Source of the DNA: Promethearchaeota archaeon
GTDB lineage: Archaea; Asgardarchaeota; Lokiarchaeia; Sigyniarchaeales; SOKP01
Assembly: GCA_019058365.1 (NCBI GenBank)
Contig: JAHPZE010000006.1
Span: 96,001-160,000, forward strand
Length of the DNA stretch: 64,000 bases
Reading direction: 5' to 3'
Positions within the stretch are counted from its first letter, which is position 1. Every line of letters begins with the position of its first letter. The translations under genes and the position numbers were made by a program. The notes under the pieces were generated by a model. That model saw only the letters and a list, made by a program, of their open reading frames with translations, was not told where the DNA came from and searched no databases. Positions 61,955-64,000 of the stretch are shown here, in pieces.

Positions 61955-62191
61955 CAAGTAACATTTAGAGTAAAAAGTTGACACTCTAATACTACATTAT
62001 ATTAATCTGGACTAAATTTTATCTTTTCCAATTCTTTTTTTAAATTTAATCGGTTTCAAAAAATCATAATAACTGATTTTGGCCAAACTTTAATTAAAAA
62101 GATGATTTTCATGTTCCGATATAAGATTATGCATTTTTTTTTCTATATTTTGGAACTTTTCTAAGTTCGCTGATATATATTAGAAAGGCAT

Positions 62192-63136
62192 TTATTTTGT
62201 TAAGCCTTCCCCATACCATCCTTGTTTAATATATAGATATGCATTCATTGCTGCAGTTGTTGCTTCCCCTACTGCTGTAGCGACTTGTTGAATTCCACCT
62301 GTTACATCTCCAGCGGCATATATACCAGGAAAATTAGTTTCTTGATTTCTATTAACTTTAATGTAATTATCCTCATCAAGTTCTATCCCTGCCTTTTTCG
62401 CTAAATTACTCTGTGGCTCAACTCCTATTGCTATGAAGAGAGCTTTTACACCAATATTAGAAGTTTCGCCAGTTTTATGATTTTTAATTTTTAACTCTGC
62501 CAATTTGTTATCTTTAGGTATTGCTTCTTCAATAGTGCAATTATACATTGGTACAACATTGGGTAATGAATCAACTTCATCTACAATACATGCTTCTGCT
62601 CGCATACAATGTCGTCTATGTATAAGATAAACCTTTTTTGCTACGCCTGAAAGATAAATTACCTCTAAACCAGCGGCATTACCACCCCCAACTGTAGCAA
62701 CTACTTGATCTCGAAATAAAGGACCATCACATGTAGCACAGTAAGATATTCCATTACCTACTAATTCAAACTCATTAGACAATCCAAGTGTTAGATGTTT
62801 TGAACCAGTAGCAATTATAATCGCTCTGCCTTTTGTGTCTCCTTCATAAGTAGTTATAGTCATTTTCTTTGGATTGATTGCTGAAACTTCACTAAAGAAA
62901 AAAGTAGTTCCCCAATTTTCAGCTTGTTCTCTCATTTTTTCAGTTAACTCAAGACCATTGATACTACTGAATCCTGGATAGTTTTCAATCTTGGGAGCGG
63001 TTCCAGCTAGACCTCCAAAACCTTTTCCCTCATAGAGAGCAGTTTTTAAACCCATTCTTCCCCCATAAATAGCTGCTGTTAAACCTGCGGGTCCACCCCC
63101 TATGATGATAAGATCGAATTCATTTTTTTCAGACAA
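62192..63136 (-). CDS. trxB: Thioredoxin-disulfide reductase
   Basis: GGGPAG, IENYPG, ATG, CATCDG, GGGNAA, HRR, AAGD. Confidence 0.93.
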   Translation of the reverse strand: MSEKNEFDLIIIGGGPAGLTAAIYGGRMGLKTALYEGKGFGGLAGTAPKIENYPGFSSINGLELTEKMREQAENWGTTFFFSEVSAINPKKMTITTYEGDTKGRAIIIATGSKHLTLGLSNEFELVGNGISYCATCDGPLFRDQVVATVGGGNAAGLEVIYLSGVAKKVYLIHRRHCMRAEACIVDEVDSLPNVVPMYNCTIEEAIPKDNKLAELKIKNHKTGETSNIGVKALFIAIGVEPQSNLAKKAGIELDEDNYIKVNRNQETNFPGIYAAGDVTGGIQQVATAVGEATTAAMNAYLYIKQGWYGEGLTK

Positions 63137-63229
63137 TTTTAATCCCTATTACATTGTAGATTTATTTAAGTATACAAATTGTAATCTTAAAAATGGTATA
63201 AATTTTTTCTAATTTTGTTCTTGATTGAC

Positions 63230-64000
63230 TTATTCTTTCTTTAATTGCCGAAGATATTTACATGCGTTTATTCCTGCTCGTGCACCCTCTGCTGTGGCAA
63301 ATACTACTTGAAAAAGTCCCCCCGTGCAATCTCCAGCAGCATAGACTCCCTTAAGGTTCGTTTTTTGGTCTTCATCAACTTTTACATTTCCCATATCATC
63401 CAATTCTACTCCAGCTTTTTTAAAGATTGAATTTGAGGATATATGAGATAAAATAAATAAACAACTTAATTCAAATTCCTTTATTTCTTCATGATCTTCT
63501 GATTCAGGTTTAGTAGACTTACAAATAATTTTATCAAGCATACCTTCTGAATCGGGAACTGCTTCAATTATTTCCATATTTTCAAAAATTTCAATTCCAG
63601 TTTCTTTTACTTGATATAACTTTTCGGGTAATTTTTCAATTCCTACATTTGTGATTATTCGAACTATACATCCCATTTGGTGAAGAGCCAAAGCATCTTC
63701 CAACATTTCTTCGTCATTACCAAATAAATAGACCACTTTATCTTTATATAATGGACCATCATTTAATGCACTATACGAAATGCCAAAACCAAGTAAAATA
63801 TCCTCTCCTTTTATTATTTCTTTTCGAGTACCTCTACCAGCAGCAATAATAACCACATCAGAAGTTATGTCAGCTGTTCTGGTTGAGGTTCTATTTACAC
63901 CCATTCCAAGCATTAATGAAATTACATCACCTTTGATTATTCTAATATTTTCTGAATAACTCTCAGTATGAGCTCTAAATTTCTCTAATAGATGCTTTCC
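63230..64000 (-). CDS. Thioredoxin-reductase-like flavoprotein lacking CxxC (5' end beyond the window)
   Basis: Frame open to 64000 (GKHLLEKFRAH...); GISYSALNDG in place of GISYCATCDG; TNLKGVYAAGDCTGG retained. Confidence 0.85.
   Translation of the reverse strand, partial: GKHLLEKFRAHTESYSENIRIIKGDVISLMLGMGVNRTSTRTADITSDVVIIAAGRGTRKEIIKGEDILLGFGISYSALNDGPLYKDKVVYLFGNDEEMLEDALALHQMGCIVRIITNVGIEKLPEKLYQVKETGIEIFENMEIIEAVPDSEGMLDKIICKSTKPESEDHEEIKEFELSCLFILSHISSNSIFKKAGVELDDMGNVKVDEDQKTNLKGVYAAGDCTGGLFQVVFATAEGARAGINACKYLRQLKKE

Noticed and set aside
8829-63430. Short antisense or overlapping ORFs in the track (e.g. 8829, 10925, 12832, 15555, 17340, 19756, 31652, 32805, 38719, 46794, 47843, 53291, 63245)
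   Set aside because: They are shadow frames of well-supported genes and have no motifs.

Overview
AT-rich chromosomal window, very probably from an Asgard archaeon (Lokiarchaeia/Promethearchaeota-like). This assignment is inferred from the gene content: Rab-like and MglA-like small GTPases, roadblock, two longin/uDENN-like proteins, a gelsolin-domain protein, a GIFT/IFT52-like protein, Cdc6/Orc1 and XerA, alongside anaerobic metabolism genes (HdrABC-MvhD, AbfD, Ord-like dehydrogenase, DUF39 homocysteine synthesis). No rRNA, tRNA, CRISPR array or transposase was recognised. Highlights: (1) a 1269-aa single-pass receptor joining a Venus-flytrap ligand-binding domain, three FN3/Ig-like repeats and a beta-helix to a cytoplasmic TIR domain; (2) a tandem pair of vWA-PHD/RING-zinc-ribbon paralogues; (3) a gelsolin-HeH/SAP fusion ending in an RxLPxxP motif; (4) an unannotated ~150-nt structured RNA candidate; (5) a dif-like site between xerA and cdc6; (6) a back-to-back chimera of diverged abfD and DUF362 gene tails; (7) two internally deleted or fused genes and a CxxC-less thioredoxin reductase paralogue. 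All protein calls come from motif recognition by eye; no database searches were run.
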